Position numbers and translations under genes: made by a program. Of a stretch of 64,000 nucleotides of DNA, positions 9,365 to 19,307 are shown piece after piece. The first letter of the stretch is position 1. Each line of letters begins with the position of its first letter. The notes beneath the pieces were generated by a model. The model had not been told where the DNA came from, searched no databases, and saw only the letters and a list, made by a program, of their open reading frames with translations. This DNA is from Candidatus Terraquivivens tengchongensis (GTDB lineage Archaea > Thermoproteota > Nitrososphaeria_A > Caldarchaeales > Wolframiiraptoraceae), in NCBI GenBank assembly GCA_023261845.1, contig JALNJZ010000004.1:3272-67271 (forward strand), in the 5' to 3' direction.

Positions 9365-10093
9365 ATGGTATACGAAATTCCTGAGATAATAAAAATTAAG
9401 GAGTACAAAAAGCCCGACGTAAGAGGAGGCATCGTTATAGATGGGTTTCCATCTTCAAGCCTCGTAACACCACTCGTGGCCAGCTATCTTGTGGCACACT
9501 TAAACATGGACCAAGTTGCCTTCATAGAGTCTGCTCATTTCCCTCCCGTCGCCTTCGTTTATGGAGGCAAGCCAAGATATCCCGCAAGGGTATACGTCGA
9601 GGAAGGGCTTAAGCTGGTTGCATTCGTATCGGAGTTCAACCTGCCGCTATGGCTTTCAAGAAGCGTGGCGAATACGATCATGGATTGGTCTTTGAAGAAT
9701 GGTTGCGAGATGATAATCTCAACGTTAAGCGTTCCCAAAGAGTCTGGAGATACGAAAATTTACGGTGTAGGTAGCACCGGGAGGGCAAGGGAAATGCTAT
9801 CGAACGCTGGGATAGAACAGCTGAGCATAGGCGTAGTTCCCGGCGTGCCTGGAGTCTTGCTTTGTGAAGGAAGGTGGAACAATTTTGATGTGGTAGTGTT
9901 ATTGGCAGAAGCGATGGAGAATACGCCGCTTTTCGCCGTTGCTGCAATGTTACTAGAGGCTTTAACCAAGCTCGTGCCTAAGATAAAGATAGACCTAGAA
10001 CCGCTCTACAGAGAGGCGAAGGTTGTGCAGGACAGGTTACACTCGTTGAGGGAGGTTGCGCAAGCAGCCGAGAGAAAACCAATGTATGCTTGA
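9365..10093 (+). CDS. PAC2 (proteasome assembly chaperone 2)-family protein
   Basis: 242 aa. The size and the N-terminal GGIVIDGFPSSSLVTPLVASYL pattern resemble the archaeal PAC2/COG1938 family, recalled from memory. Confidence 0.5.
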   Translation: MVYEIPEIIKIKEYKKPDVRGGIVIDGFPSSSLVTPLVASYLVAHLNMDQVAFIESAHFPPVAFVYGGKPRYPARVYVEEGLKLVAFVSEFNLPLWLSRSVANTIMDWSLKNGCEMIISTLSVPKESGDTKIYGVGSTGRAREMLSNAGIEQLSIGVVPGVPGVLLCEGRWNNFDVVVLLAEAMENTPLFAVAAMLLEALTKLVPKIKIDLEPLYREAKVVQDRLHSLREVAQAAERKPMYA

Positions 10094-10876
10094 TCAAATC
10101 TCATAGCTCTCCAAGTCCTTAGGTACGATAACGCTTCCATCGAACGCCTTGGTCAGTAAAATCTTGAGCTCATATTCTCTCCCTTCCCATGCTGGGTAGA
10201 GATGCACAGGTATCAAAAGCCTCGGCCTTACTTTAGCGGCAACTTCAGCCAACCCTTTCTCTGATGTGTGAAGCCCTAAGAGTTGCTCGTCCGGAAACGA
10301 GCACTCATGTATCAGGACGTCTGCATGCTTTGCAAATTCTATCAAATTTTCGTCTGGAACCGTATCCCCAGAGTAAACTAAGCTTTTACCCTCGGCATCA
10401 ATCCTATATGCTACGCCGTCGTAGTGCTTGACCGGCGTGCACTTTATGCGTAATGTAGAAGTCTCCTCCACAAGGCCCTTTGTTACCTCCTTCAGCTCGA
10501 TGTATTTGAGGCACGAAAGATTTTCTGAGATGTATCTGAATTGCGGTATTTCTTCGAAGAGATACCTTATTAGCGTATTTAGACCTAATGGGCCGTAAAC
10601 CCTAAGATGCAAGGGATTCTGGGAGGGGCCACCGGAGCGGTCGAAAGCCCTTAGCTTTACTATGGCTGGAAGGTCGAGTACATGATCTATGTGATAATGG
10701 GTTAAGAGTAATCTAGATATGGTGTTCGGGTCTACACCGACCCTCCTAAGCTTTTCTAAGGTCCCAGGACCACAGTCTAGAAGTAGCCTATCGTTCCCTA
10801 TTTCAAGGAGTATCGCTGAAGAAAACCTGTTGGTTGTCGGTATTATCGAACCTGTACCAAGAAATGTAAGCCTCAT
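10094..10876 (-). CDS. MBL-fold metallo-hydrolase (RNase Z/ElaC-like)
   Basis: 260 aa with the HxHxDH motif (LLTHYHIDHV) and later D/H ligands (YSGDT, LIHEC). Confidence 0.75.
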   Translation of the reverse strand: MRLTFLGTGSIIPTTNRFSSAILLEIGNDRLLLDCGPGTLEKLRRVGVDPNTISRLLLTHYHIDHVLDLPAIVKLRAFDRSGGPSQNPLHLRVYGPLGLNTLIRYLFEEIPQFRYISENLSCLKYIELKEVTKGLVEETSTLRIKCTPVKHYDGVAYRIDAEGKSLVYSGDTVPDENLIEFAKHADVLIHECSFPDEQLLGLHTSEKGLAEVAAKVRPRLLIPVHLYPAWEGREYELKILLTKAFDGSVIVPKDLESYEI

Positions 10877-10882
10877 ACTCGA

Positions 10883-11407
10883 TTAGCTCTTCACCATGTA
10901 TATTATGTGAGGCAACTCATCAGCAAGGATTTCGATGGCTGTTCTGGCGGCATCGGGTGAGCCTGGTATGCAGACCACTAGCTTCTCCCTTGCTACGCCA
11001 GCCATGGCTCTAGAGAGCATTGCCGCAGAGCCTACCTTCTGGTAACTTATCATCCGGAAAATCTCAGCAAACCCATCCAGCCTTTTTTCTAAGTACGGTT
11101 CCACAGCCTCTATCGTAAGGTCGGACTTCGTTATACCCGTTCCACCACAAAACACTATCACATCCACATCGCTTCTGTTCAGTAAAGCGAGTAACGCCGA
11201 TCTTACTTGTCCGATACCATCACCGATTAAATCACGATACACTACTTCATAACCTTTGGCAAGTATACCGTTCATCAATATATCGCCAGACTCGTCAGTA
11301 TAATTCTCGCCTCTCATCTTCTGCTCGTACCTTGAAGTGCTTACTGTTACTATAGCTACGTTGACCTTTTTCGGTGCCTTTTTCCTATGGTGTTCATGGG
11401 ACATCAA
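10883..11407 (-). CDS. moaB: MoaB/MogA-family molybdenum cofactor biosynthesis protein
   Basis: 174 aa with the GGTGITKSD motif and PGSP. It is adjacent to and overlaps moaC. Confidence 0.8.
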   Translation of the reverse strand: MMSHEHHRKKAPKKVNVAIVTVSTSRYEQKMRGENYTDESGDILMNGILAKGYEVVYRDLIGDGIGQVRSALLALLNRSDVDVIVFCGGTGITKSDLTIEAVEPYLEKRLDGFAEIFRMISYQKVGSAAMLSRAMAGVAREKLVVCIPGSPDAARTAIEILADELPHIIYMVKS

Positions 11408-11846
11408 GGCGCTGCTTCACCTTACTAATAACCCTGATATCCGTTATCTCCGTGATAGGGTACTGACCGTTTTCATCTTTCTCATATGCTTTGAGCACAT
11501 CCCAAATATTAAGGAGAGCAACTGTTAGTGCGGTAAGAGCCTCCATCTCTACGCCAGTTTTTTCTGTAGCTGTGACCTTTGCGGTCGCTTCCACAGCTGA
11601 ATCGGTAAGCCTCAATTCTAACTCAACATGTTCTAGCTTGAGCTGATGACACAACGGCATAAGCAAGGGCGTGAGTTTAGCTGCCTGTATCCCGGCGAGC
11701 CTAGCTACCTGGAGCGGGTCGCCTTTTTCCACTTCACCCCTCCTTATACGCTCTATGGTTTCGGGCCTGAGCTTTATACGGCCTGCTGCTATCGCGATCC
11801 TTTTCTCCGGAACCTTCTCTGAGATATCAACTTGCTTTATTTTCAT
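11394..11846 (-). CDS. moaC: Cyclic pyranopterin monophosphate synthase accessory protein MoaC
   Basis: 150 aa with the pattern DISEK..T.R.A.A.G.I and the segments LMPLCHQL and TGVEMEALTA. Confidence 0.85.
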   Translation of the reverse strand: MKIKQVDISEKVPEKRIAIAAGRIKLRPETIERIRRGEVEKGDPLQVARLAGIQAAKLTPLLMPLCHQLKLEHVELELRLTDSAVEATAKVTATEKTGVEMEALTALTVALLNIWDVLKAYEKDENGQYPITEITDIRVISKVKQRLDVP

Positions 11847-11884
11847 GGTTAATCGTTATGCTCGGAGCTAAATAAGCACATCCT

Positions 11885-12031
11885 TTATGAAACTCTGCTA
11901 AGCCTATGGCCCTCATGGAGTTTTGGGGAATCGAACATGTTGTACAATTTGCTAGGTAGCTCCCCCTCCGGCTCCACTTCCATTATAAAGCGCTTACAAT
12001 CAAGACAATAATAAATCACCTTTTTCTTCAT
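11885..12031 (-). CDS. Candidate small protein (48 aa) with CxxC...HxxH, below the ORF-track cutoff
   Basis: My own translation gives ATG at 12031, MKKKVIYYCLDCKRFIMEVEPEGELPSKLYNMFDSPKLHEGHRLSRVS, and TAA at 11885-11887. It lies in an otherwise empty 340-nt intergenic region. Confidence 0.3.
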   Translation of the reverse strand: MKKKVIYYCLDCKRFIMEVEPEGELPSKLYNMFDSPKLHEGHRLSRVS

Positions 12032-12189
12032 AACTTTCCAAGATTATCAAAAAGGTAGACTTTATCCTTTTCTCCTGCAAAAATTCAGCAAAACATGCAT
12101 GATACAGTATAACATTATGAATTTTTTGCCTATAAACAACGATTAAAGAGAAGCCGCACTCTATCTATAAGCACATATGGTGATAATTA

Positions 12190-12792
12190 TTGAAAATGGT
12201 TGAAGTGCCAAGCATACCTGAGCCACAAAAGGTTAGTCTGGATGCAAAATCTTCCGCCCTTATAATCGTGGATATGCAGAACGACTTTGTGAATGAAAAA
12301 GGTAAGCTCTATGTAGGTGATGTTGCAAGGCGCACGATTCCAAATATAAAGCGGTTGTTAGAAAAGGCTAGGAAAAGCGGCGCCACAGTCGTGTTCACAC
12401 AAGACTGGCACCTAGAAGATGACCCAGAGTTCCCGATATGGGGAAAACATTCGGTCGCTGGTACCTGGGGTTCTGAGATAATCGAAGAGTTAAAACCCAT
12501 CGAGGGCGAAGTAATCATAAAGAAGCTAAGATATGATGCCTTCTTCGGAACACCGTTAGACCATGTGCTTAGGATAAAGGGCATAAAGAACGTGGTCATT
12601 ACAGGGACCGTATCTAACATCTGCGTCCTGCATACGGCAGGTTCTGCTGCCTTGAACCTCTACAAAGTATACTTACCTATTGATTGCGTGTCTGCGCTTA
12701 CGGAGTTCGACCAGCTGGCGACCTTCCGCCAGATCTCTTTTCTGTATAGGGGCATACTGACCAGTTCTGAGCTGCTAGACTTCACACCGTAA
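12190..12792 (+). CDS. pncA: Isochorismatase-family cysteine hydrolase, probable nicotinamidase
   Basis: 200 aa with the motifs ALIIVDMQNDF, TQDWH and the catalytic Cys context TGTVSNICV. It sits immediately upstream of a nicotinate phosphoribosyltransferase. Confidence 0.75.
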   Translation: MKMVEVPSIPEPQKVSLDAKSSALIIVDMQNDFVNEKGKLYVGDVARRTIPNIKRLLEKARKSGATVVFTQDWHLEDDPEFPIWGKHSVAGTWGSEIIEELKPIEGEVIIKKLRYDAFFGTPLDHVLRIKGIKNVVITGTVSNICVLHTAGSAALNLYKVYLPIDCVSALTEFDQLATFRQISFLYRGILTSSELLDFTP

Positions 12793-12794
12793 AG

Positions 12795-14006
12795 GTGACT
12801 AAGTTGCCTAAGCTCTACATAGCTCTGGAGTCTGATATAAAGGAAGGGAAGGTAACGGATGTATACTTTGAAAGAGCTACTGAGGTCATAAGGAAGTTTA
12901 AGCTAGATAATGTTTCAGTAGCCATGGAGGCGCACGCATACTCGTTACCTTCAGGTTATGAATGGGCAGCCTTAGGCGGCATAGAGGAAATGGCACATGT
13001 TCTAGAGGGAAAACCGGTTGACGTGTACGCCATGGAAGAGGGTACAATCTTCAGGATGATGGAGCCGATCGTAAGGCTGGAGGGGAATTATGCGTCCTTC
13101 GGTTACATGGAATCAGCAATCCTTGGGATTTTGCGTCATAGTACGGGCATCGTAACCAAGGCGGCTAGATGTAGACTGGCGGCGGGCGAAAAGACGTTGT
13201 TGTTTTTCGGTATAAGGTGCGTTCATCCAGCAATAGCTCCCATGGTGGATAGGTCGGCGTTCATAGGTGGTTGTGACGCTGTCTCGGGCGTGCTTGGTGC
13301 AGAGATGATAAACGAAAAGCCCGTGGGAACGATGCCACACTCGCTCATAATCCTTTTCGGCGACCAAGTTAGAGCATGGAAGGCATTTGACGAGGTCATG
13401 CCGACAGAAGTTCCGAGGATTACGCTTTGCGATACGTGGTACGATGAAAGGGTGGAGGCAATGATGGCAGTTAATGCCCTGGGTGAAAGGCTTTACGGGG
13501 TAAGGCTTGATACACCGGGTTCAAGAAGGGGGAACATGAAGAAGATAGCGCTGGAGACGAGGTGGGCTCTAGATATGGCTGGTTATAGGAACGTAAAACT
13601 GTTCGTCAGCGGAGGCATTGATGAAGTCGATATCATGAACCTCAGGGATGTAGTTGATGGGTTTGGCATAGGCACATGCATCGCCTTTCCACCCTCGGTC
13701 GATATTGCCCTTGATATAGTCGCGACAGGAGATAGGCCAATTTCAAAGAAGGGCAAGCTACCCGGTAAAAAACAGGTCTATAGGTGTAACGAGTTTCACG
13801 ACATAGTTACATCCTATGATAGAGTGATTGATAGATGTCCATTATGCGGTGGGAGCGTAGAGCCACTACTGAAGCCGTTGATGATCCAGGGAAGATTAGT
13901 TCGTGAGATACCTAGTGCTAAGGAATTGAGGAACAAGGTACTGGAGCAGCTCAAAAAAATTTCGACGATTAAGGATTTCCGCTCAGAGCCCTACTTCCTT
14001 TGCTGA
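12795..14006 (+). CDS. pncB: Nicotinate phosphoribosyltransferase (archaeal type)
   Basis: 403 aa with a GTG start. Recognisable segments are GTMPHSLI, GVRLDTPGSRRGN and VSGGID, plus a C-terminal CxxC zinc-ribbon-like tail. Confidence 0.75.
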   Translation: MTKLPKLYIALESDIKEGKVTDVYFERATEVIRKFKLDNVSVAMEAHAYSLPSGYEWAALGGIEEMAHVLEGKPVDVYAMEEGTIFRMMEPIVRLEGNYASFGYMESAILGILRHSTGIVTKAARCRLAAGEKTLLFFGIRCVHPAIAPMVDRSAFIGGCDAVSGVLGAEMINEKPVGTMPHSLIILFGDQVRAWKAFDEVMPTEVPRITLCDTWYDERVEAMMAVNALGERLYGVRLDTPGSRRGNMKKIALETRWALDMAGYRNVKLFVSGGIDEVDIMNLRDVVDGFGIGTCIAFPPSVDIALDIVATGDRPISKKGKLPGKKQVYRCNEFHDIVTSYDRVIDRCPLCGGSVEPLLKPLMIQGRLVREIPSAKELRNKVLEQLKKISTIKDFRSEPYFLC

Positions 14007-15418
14007 GCGTTGCTTTTCGTGAAGAATCCGGGTATAGTCATCCTCTTGAGGTCTAAGATCCTATCTATCTCATCCTCTCTCATCCCAAAATCCTCGGCTA
14101 GTATAGCCCTCAAGCTTTTCTTCTTTAACAGGGCCTTCTTAACCAGCTCTGTTGTCTTCTCATAACCTATGACGGGAGCCAAGGCCGTTAAGATTGCTGC
14201 AGAGGACTCGGCGTATGTCCTGCACCTCTCAGAATCTGCCTTTATGCCTTTTATGCACTTATTGCTTAGCGCTGAACAAGTATTCGTCATCAACTTTACA
14301 GACTGTATCAGCACGTAGGCTATCAATGGTAATCCCATGTTTAGCTCCAGCTCACCTAGCTGGGAAGCCATGGTTACGCATACGTCGTTTGCTATGACCT
14401 TGACTCCAGCCTGACATGCGGCCTCTAGGATGACTGGATTCACCTTACCCGGCATCATTGATGACCCTAACTGTAGAGCAGGTATCTCTATCTCACCAAA
14501 GCCTGTATTCGGTCCAGAAGAGAGCAGCCTTAAGTCGTTACATATTTTTACAATTGCACACGCAAGGTTTTTTAAGGTTGAGGACAGGGCAACGAACGCG
14601 CCAGCACTTCCGATGGCCTCAAACCTGTTTTCAGCTTCCCTAACATTTAGGCCAGTAATTTCCCTTAAAGATTCAATAACAAGCCCTGGAAATTCTGGAT
14701 GCGTATTGAACCCTGTCCCGACTGCTGTTCCGCCGATGGGCAACTCCTCAAGCACTTGCATCGTCTTCTCTATCTCCATCCTCGCCTTCTTTATCATCAT
14801 AGCATAACCGCTGAATTCCTGTCCAAGCGTGACCGGTAGCGCATCCCTTAGGTGAGTCCTGCCAGCCTTTACCACATACTTAAACTCGTCAGATTTCCCG
14901 AGCAGCTCCTCGTATAGAGTATCGAGGCTGGGCAATAGCTTCTTGTTTATTAACTCAAGGAGAGCGACGCGTATGGCTGTAGGGAAGACGTCATTCGTTG
15001 ACTGTCCAAAGTTCACATGATCGTTGGGATGGATGGGTCCGGATGCGCTTCTCGGACCTCCCATAATTTCTGATGCCCTGGTAGCTATGACCTCGTTCAC
15101 GTTCATGTGTATCGATGTTCCGCTTCCTGTCTGAAACACATCAACGGGGAATTCCTCATCGAAAAGACCTTCAGCAACTTCCATGGAGGCCTGCATGACG
15201 GGACCTGCGATCTTTTCATCCAGAATTTTTAACTTTAGGTTTGCATAGGCAGCAGCATATTTTATTAAGCCCAGTGCTCTAATGAGCTCCCCTGGAAAAC
15301 GTAGATCGGAAAATTGAAAGTTCGTAAGAGCCCTATAGGTAAAGGCACCATAATATTTGGACTTCGGAACCAATACTTCTCCAAACGGGTCCCTTTCTAT
15401 TCTTTTATCGTCTTCCAT
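13991..15418 (-). CDS. Class II fumarase/aspartase-family lyase, aspartate ammonia-lyase-like
   Basis: It carries the signature GSSMMPGKVNPVILEA; NPV matches AspA, whereas FumC has NPTQ. It also has TGSGTSIHMNVNEV and the SS-loop. I trimmed the start to ATG 15418 (MEDDKRIERDPFGE...), giving ~475 aa, because the track's 51-codon extension is not lyase-like. Confidence 0.8.
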   Translation of the reverse strand: MEDDKRIERDPFGEVLVPKSKYYGAFTYRALTNFQFSDLRFPGELIRALGLIKYAAAYANLKLKILDEKIAGPVMQASMEVAEGLFDEEFPVDVFQTGSGTSIHMNVNEVIATRASEIMGGPRSASGPIHPNDHVNFGQSTNDVFPTAIRVALLELINKKLLPSLDTLYEELLGKSDEFKYVVKAGRTHLRDALPVTLGQEFSGYAMMIKKARMEIEKTMQVLEELPIGGTAVGTGFNTHPEFPGLVIESLREITGLNVREAENRFEAIGSAGAFVALSSTLKNLACAIVKICNDLRLLSSGPNTGFGEIEIPALQLGSSMMPGKVNPVILEAACQAGVKVIANDVCVTMASQLGELELNMGLPLIAYVLIQSVKLMTNTCSALSNKCIKGIKADSERCRTYAESSAAILTALAPVIGYEKTTELVKKALLKKKSLRAILAEDFGMREDEIDRILDLKRMTIPGFFTKSNAQQRK

Positions 15419-15682
15419 ATAAACACCGTTAACTACGAAACGTATAAAGCTTAACGTAAGATTAACATGTAGAAAGTCGGCAAATTGATAAGTTGGAAAA
15501 CATAATAAATGAAATAGCTGAGCCATTATTCCATCCAATCTTCTTGCCTTGACGTCGCTTTGCAACATCATATGATATTAAAGAAAGTTGGTTATCTCAT
15601 CTATGGAGCGGTATTTCAAATTGTAGCTTTTATGCACGATAAATATATACATAAGGAACTTTCAACATAAACTCGATAAACC

Positions 15683-16603
15683 TTGGTTGGGACTAGCATG
15701 TCTCCCCAAATTCTTGGGGAGAAGATAAAGCAAGCTACGGTTAAGCTCTTGATGATTGCCGCCGTATACCTTCCAAGCGATGTTAAGAGCGCACTGGAGG
15801 AGGCATACAACAGAGAGAAAGGTGAGCTGCAGAAGAAGATGCTCCGCGCGATCCTTGACAACCTCGAAATAGCTGAGAAGGAGAAGAGGCCATTATGTCA
15901 GGATACAGGTGCAATACTTTTCTACGTCAAGGTTGGCGAGAAGTTTCCATACATGGGTTCCCTACCGAGAATATTGCGCGAAGCTACTGCCGAAGCCACG
16001 GAGCTCATACCACTTAGGCCGAACGTCGTGGATGTCATAACGGGGAAGAATACCGGGAACAACGTAGGCAATTATCTACCTTGGATAGACTGGGAGGTCG
16101 TCCCAAATAGCGATGAAGCTGAGATAACCGTGATGCTTAAGGGCGGGGGCAGTGAAGCTGTGAGCATGATGAAAGTGCTTACGCCCGCTGAAGGCTTAGA
16201 AGGTGCATTAAAGGCCGTAGTGGACACGGCATTTGAAGCAGGTCCCAGAACCTGTCCACCAAACATCATAGCACTTGGCATAGGTGCCACGGGCGATATA
16301 GCCACCAAGATGGCTAAGAAGGGTTTACTTAGACCCGTAGGCGAAAGGCATCCCGATCCTAGAATCGCAGAGATCGAAAAGAAACTACTAGATGCTGTGA
16401 ACTCATTAGGGTGGGGCGTTCATGGTACTGGCAGCGGGCCTACGGCGTTGGATGTGCATGTTGAGATAGCCGAGAGGCATCCTGCCACATATGCTATATC
16501 CATAATGGTTTTCTGCTGGGCTGCTAGAAGGGCGACCATGAAAATCACTGCAGACGGAAAAGTTACTTACCCAAGCCACAGCTTTCTTGAAAAGGAGGGA
16601 TGA
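15683..16603 (+). CDS. Fe-S type (class I) fumarate/tartrate hydro-lyase, alpha subunit
   Basis: 306 aa with the LCQDTG motif and the GGGSE motif (MLKGGGSEA). The start could alternatively be ATG 15698. Confidence 0.85.
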   Translation: MVGTSMSPQILGEKIKQATVKLLMIAAVYLPSDVKSALEEAYNREKGELQKKMLRAILDNLEIAEKEKRPLCQDTGAILFYVKVGEKFPYMGSLPRILREATAEATELIPLRPNVVDVITGKNTGNNVGNYLPWIDWEVVPNSDEAEITVMLKGGGSEAVSMMKVLTPAEGLEGALKAVVDTAFEAGPRTCPPNIIALGIGATGDIATKMAKKGLLRPVGERHPDPRIAEIEKKLLDAVNSLGWGVHGTGSGPTALDVHVEIAERHPATYAISIMVFCWAARRATMKITADGKVTYPSHSFLEKEG

Positions 16604-17205
16604 GTATGGCGGAATATAAGTTGAGAACACCGGTCAGTGAAGAGGAGGTTAGGAAGCTTTCGATCGGCGACGTAATATATCTCACCGGAACCATTTATAC
16701 GCTGAGAGATGCGGGTCATAAGAGGGCGCTGGAGCTTATAGCGAAAGGAGAGAAACTGCCAGTGGATTTCAGAGGTATGGCTATATACCATATGGGCCCG
16801 ATAGTCAAGAAAAAAGACGGTGAATGGGAAGTCGTCTCTGCAGGGCCTACAACGAGTACTAGGATAGAGGCATACGAGTATGACTTCATAGAGAAGTCTG
16901 GGGTGAGGATAATTATCGGAAAGGGCGGTATGGGAAAGCGTACGGCTGAGGCTTGCAAGAAGTTCGGCGCGGTTTATACGATATTCACCGGGGGCGCTGG
17001 TGCATTGGGTGCTAAAGGTATACAAAAGATTGCGGGCGTTCATTGGCTAGACTTAGGCATTCCTGAGGCCATATGGGTCATGGAGGTAAAAGAATTCGGG
17101 CCGTTGTTTGTCATCATAGACTCTAATGGGAACAACTACTACGAGCAAGTAAAGGAAAAAGTAGGGCAGAACCTGAAGGAAGCCTACGCAAAGCTGAAAC
17201 TTTAG
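16600..17205 (+). CDS. Fe-S type (class I) fumarate/tartrate hydro-lyase, beta subunit
   Basis: 201 aa with an ATGA overlap onto the alpha subunit. It has GTIYTLRDAGHKR and GKGGMG motifs typical of the beta/C-terminal domain. Confidence 0.85.
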   Translation: MSMAEYKLRTPVSEEEVRKLSIGDVIYLTGTIYTLRDAGHKRALELIAKGEKLPVDFRGMAIYHMGPIVKKKDGEWEVVSAGPTTSTRIEAYEYDFIEKSGVRIIIGKGGMGKRTAEACKKFGAVYTIFTGGAGALGAKGIQKIAGVHWLDLGIPEAIWVMEVKEFGPLFVIIDSNGNNYYEQVKEKVGQNLKEAYAKLKL

Positions 17206-18245
17206 CTGAGCTCGGCCTCCCTGAGCAGACGCCTTACGTCCGACTCAGTCAACCTTAGCTTATGGAGAATTGTGTACCTATCCGGCCTTATGTCTGGTGC
17301 CATGAGAACCGCCTTCACGAAGGTCTGCTCGTCAACCCCCAACTCCGATAAATTTGAAGGAGTACCTATCGAGGATAATGCAGATTTAACTCTTTTCCAT
17401 GCAGCTTTATGTACAAATGCCGCGAATATCGTAGAAACCCCACACCTTTCACCGTGTAGCGGAGGGTCTTCCATTAAACGGCCTAACGCGTGACTTATCA
17501 AATGTTCAGAACCACTGCATGGTCTACTACTCCCAGCTATGCCCATCGCCACGCCCGCGCTTATCAGGGCCTCAACAACCGTCCTGATACTGTCCTGTTT
17601 TCTCTTACCTATCTTTTTTGCATTCCTGAAGATTATCTCAGCGCCCATGTACGCGAGGCTTGCAGCGTAATCTCCAAAGTACTCACCGGTAACTTTATGG
17701 CTCAACTTCCAGTCCTTAATCGCTGTATATTTGGCTACAAGGTCTCCGCAACCGCTTGCTAGGTATCTGTGCGGAGCCTTTTCTATGACATCTATGTCCG
17801 CTACTATAGCAAACGGCATGTTCACCATTCTAGAATACGGCTGACTGCTGTCCATCGCAGAGACCACGGGGCTCGCTATGCCATCGTGAGATGCAACCGT
17901 CGGAACGCTTACGAACCTCAAGCTCGCCTCATGCGCCGATGCTTTAGATACATCTATTACCTTACCGCCACCTATCCCTATGACCGTACCAAACCTTTTT
18001 TTAGAAAGGATTGTATGGATAGTTTCTAACTCTTGAGAAATTTCTGCCTCGACCAGATGTACCTCGACATCAGTCCTTTCTCCTATTGCTTCGGAAATCG
18101 AGCGCCCGTATATGTTATAGGCGGTCTTTCCCGTAACGATAAGTACCGGCTCACCTCCTGATGCCGTAAGCGCAACCTCGACGACCTTGTCCTTCAAACC
18201 CCTTCCGATGACTATTATGTTGGGGAGCTGCATTATATGGGCCAA
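17202..18245 (-). CDS. egsA: sn-Glycerol-1-phosphate dehydrogenase
   Basis: 347 aa with an iron-ADH/DHQS-like fold (GIGGGKVIDVSK). The ASHDGIASP motif is characteristic of archaeal G1PDH. Confidence 0.8.
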   Translation of the reverse strand: MAHIMQLPNIIVIGRGLKDKVVEVALTASGGEPVLIVTGKTAYNIYGRSISEAIGERTDVEVHLVEAEISQELETIHTILSKKRFGTVIGIGGGKVIDVSKASAHEASLRFVSVPTVASHDGIASPVVSAMDSSQPYSRMVNMPFAIVADIDVIEKAPHRYLASGCGDLVAKYTAIKDWKLSHKVTGEYFGDYAASLAYMGAEIIFRNAKKIGKRKQDSIRTVVEALISAGVAMGIAGSSRPCSGSEHLISHALGRLMEDPPLHGERCGVSTIFAAFVHKAAWKRVKSALSSIGTPSNLSELGVDEQTFVKAVLMAPDIRPDRYTILHKLRLTESDVRRLLREAELS

Positions 18246-18355
18246 GGCACTTCAGCCTTTACAAAAGATATAGAACGGTCAGACAAATACGTTTGCTGTT
18301 CCTAAACGTAACAGAAGATTATAAATCGCCGTAACCAGCATAATATCAGGACGAT

Positions 18356-19282
18356 ATGTTTCCTCCGTGTGAGATAATGGTTCAGGATTTTTTACCAGCA
18401 ATGAGGGGACTAGTCGCGCTTGAGCTCAGGAAGGGTGGGATGAGTCAATCAAGGATAGCCACCCTTCTTGGAATAACGCAAGCGGCCGTTAGCCTGTACC
18501 TATCAAAAGATGCCACCTATTATAAGAAGAGGCTTCAGTCTATTGGCATACCCCTAGACGAGGTTGATAAACTTGTGAAGCTCATCTCCAACGATGTGTT
18601 GGAGAGTGCAAGAAAAGCAAACGAGATATTTTATGCCTTCTGGAAAGAATTGCTCTCTAGGGGCTTACTCTGTAATTATCATAAAAGCATATATCCGTTG
18701 CTGAGTGAGTGCGATGTATGTCTCAAAGCTCCAATATACCAATCTGTTGAACATATGGAGGTACTAAGAGATTTAGAGCACGCGCTCTACATGCTGGAAG
18801 GTGCAAGTTATTTTGTAAAGCTAATACCTGAAGTGGCAGTTAACATCGCTGTGTCGTTAAGGGAGGCTAAATCTGAGTTGGACGTTGCTGCCGTACCAGG
18901 AAGGATCGTCGCCCTGAAGGACCGACCAAAACCTATGAGCAGACCTGAGTTTGGTGCCTCGAAGCATATGGCAAGGGTGCTCCTACGGGTTAGGATGGTC
19001 AAGAATGACATTAGAGCGGTCATGAATATGAAATACGATGAGAACGTAGAGCTCGTGGCCAGAAAGTTGGGAATGAATGTAGCCTATACAGAAAAGGGAG
19101 ACGTAGGTAATGAGGAAGCCGTGATAAACGCTGTCGCTGTAGCTTTCAAGAAGTATGGCGAGCTGGATGCTGTATTCGATAAAGGAGGTGTCGGTTTGGA
19201 ACCTATGACGTACATCTTCGGTAAGTCGGCTACCGACGTCGTAAGGAAAGCGTTAAGGATAGCGAGAAGCTATATAGGCTAA
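18356..19282 (+). CDS. HTH domain fused to a ThiN-type (thiamine-phosphate synthase-like) domain
   Basis: 308 aa. The N-terminal HTH reads SQSRIATLLGITQAAVSLYL. The C-terminal part (IPEVAVNIAV ... VAAVPGRIV ... GGVGLEPM) resembles ThiN, recalled from memory. Confidence 0.5.
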   Translation: MFPPCEIMVQDFLPAMRGLVALELRKGGMSQSRIATLLGITQAAVSLYLSKDATYYKKRLQSIGIPLDEVDKLVKLISNDVLESARKANEIFYAFWKELLSRGLLCNYHKSIYPLLSECDVCLKAPIYQSVEHMEVLRDLEHALYMLEGASYFVKLIPEVAVNIAVSLREAKSELDVAAVPGRIVALKDRPKPMSRPEFGASKHMARVLLRVRMVKNDIRAVMNMKYDENVELVARKLGMNVAYTEKGDVGNEEAVINAVAVAFKKYGELDAVFDKGGVGLEPMTYIFGKSATDVVRKALRIARSYIG

Positions 19283-19307
19283 ATTATCTTGAATCGAAGG
19301 ACAAAAA

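Noticed and set aside
15419-15571. 51-codon N-terminal extension of the aspartase/fumarase-family ORF
   Set aside because: The extension (MMLQSDVKARRLDG...FVVNGVY) has no lyase similarity and poor coding character. The family-typical N-terminus begins at ATG 15418 (MEDDKRIERDPFGEVLVP).
16567-17043. 158-aa minus-strand ORF, and similar antisense ORFs (for example 19345-19854, 39408-39881, 7104-7517, 27392-27832)
   Set aside because: All lie fully antisense within genes that carry strong family motifs. They have low-complexity Ser/Leu/Pro-rich translations, so I treat them as shadow ORFs.
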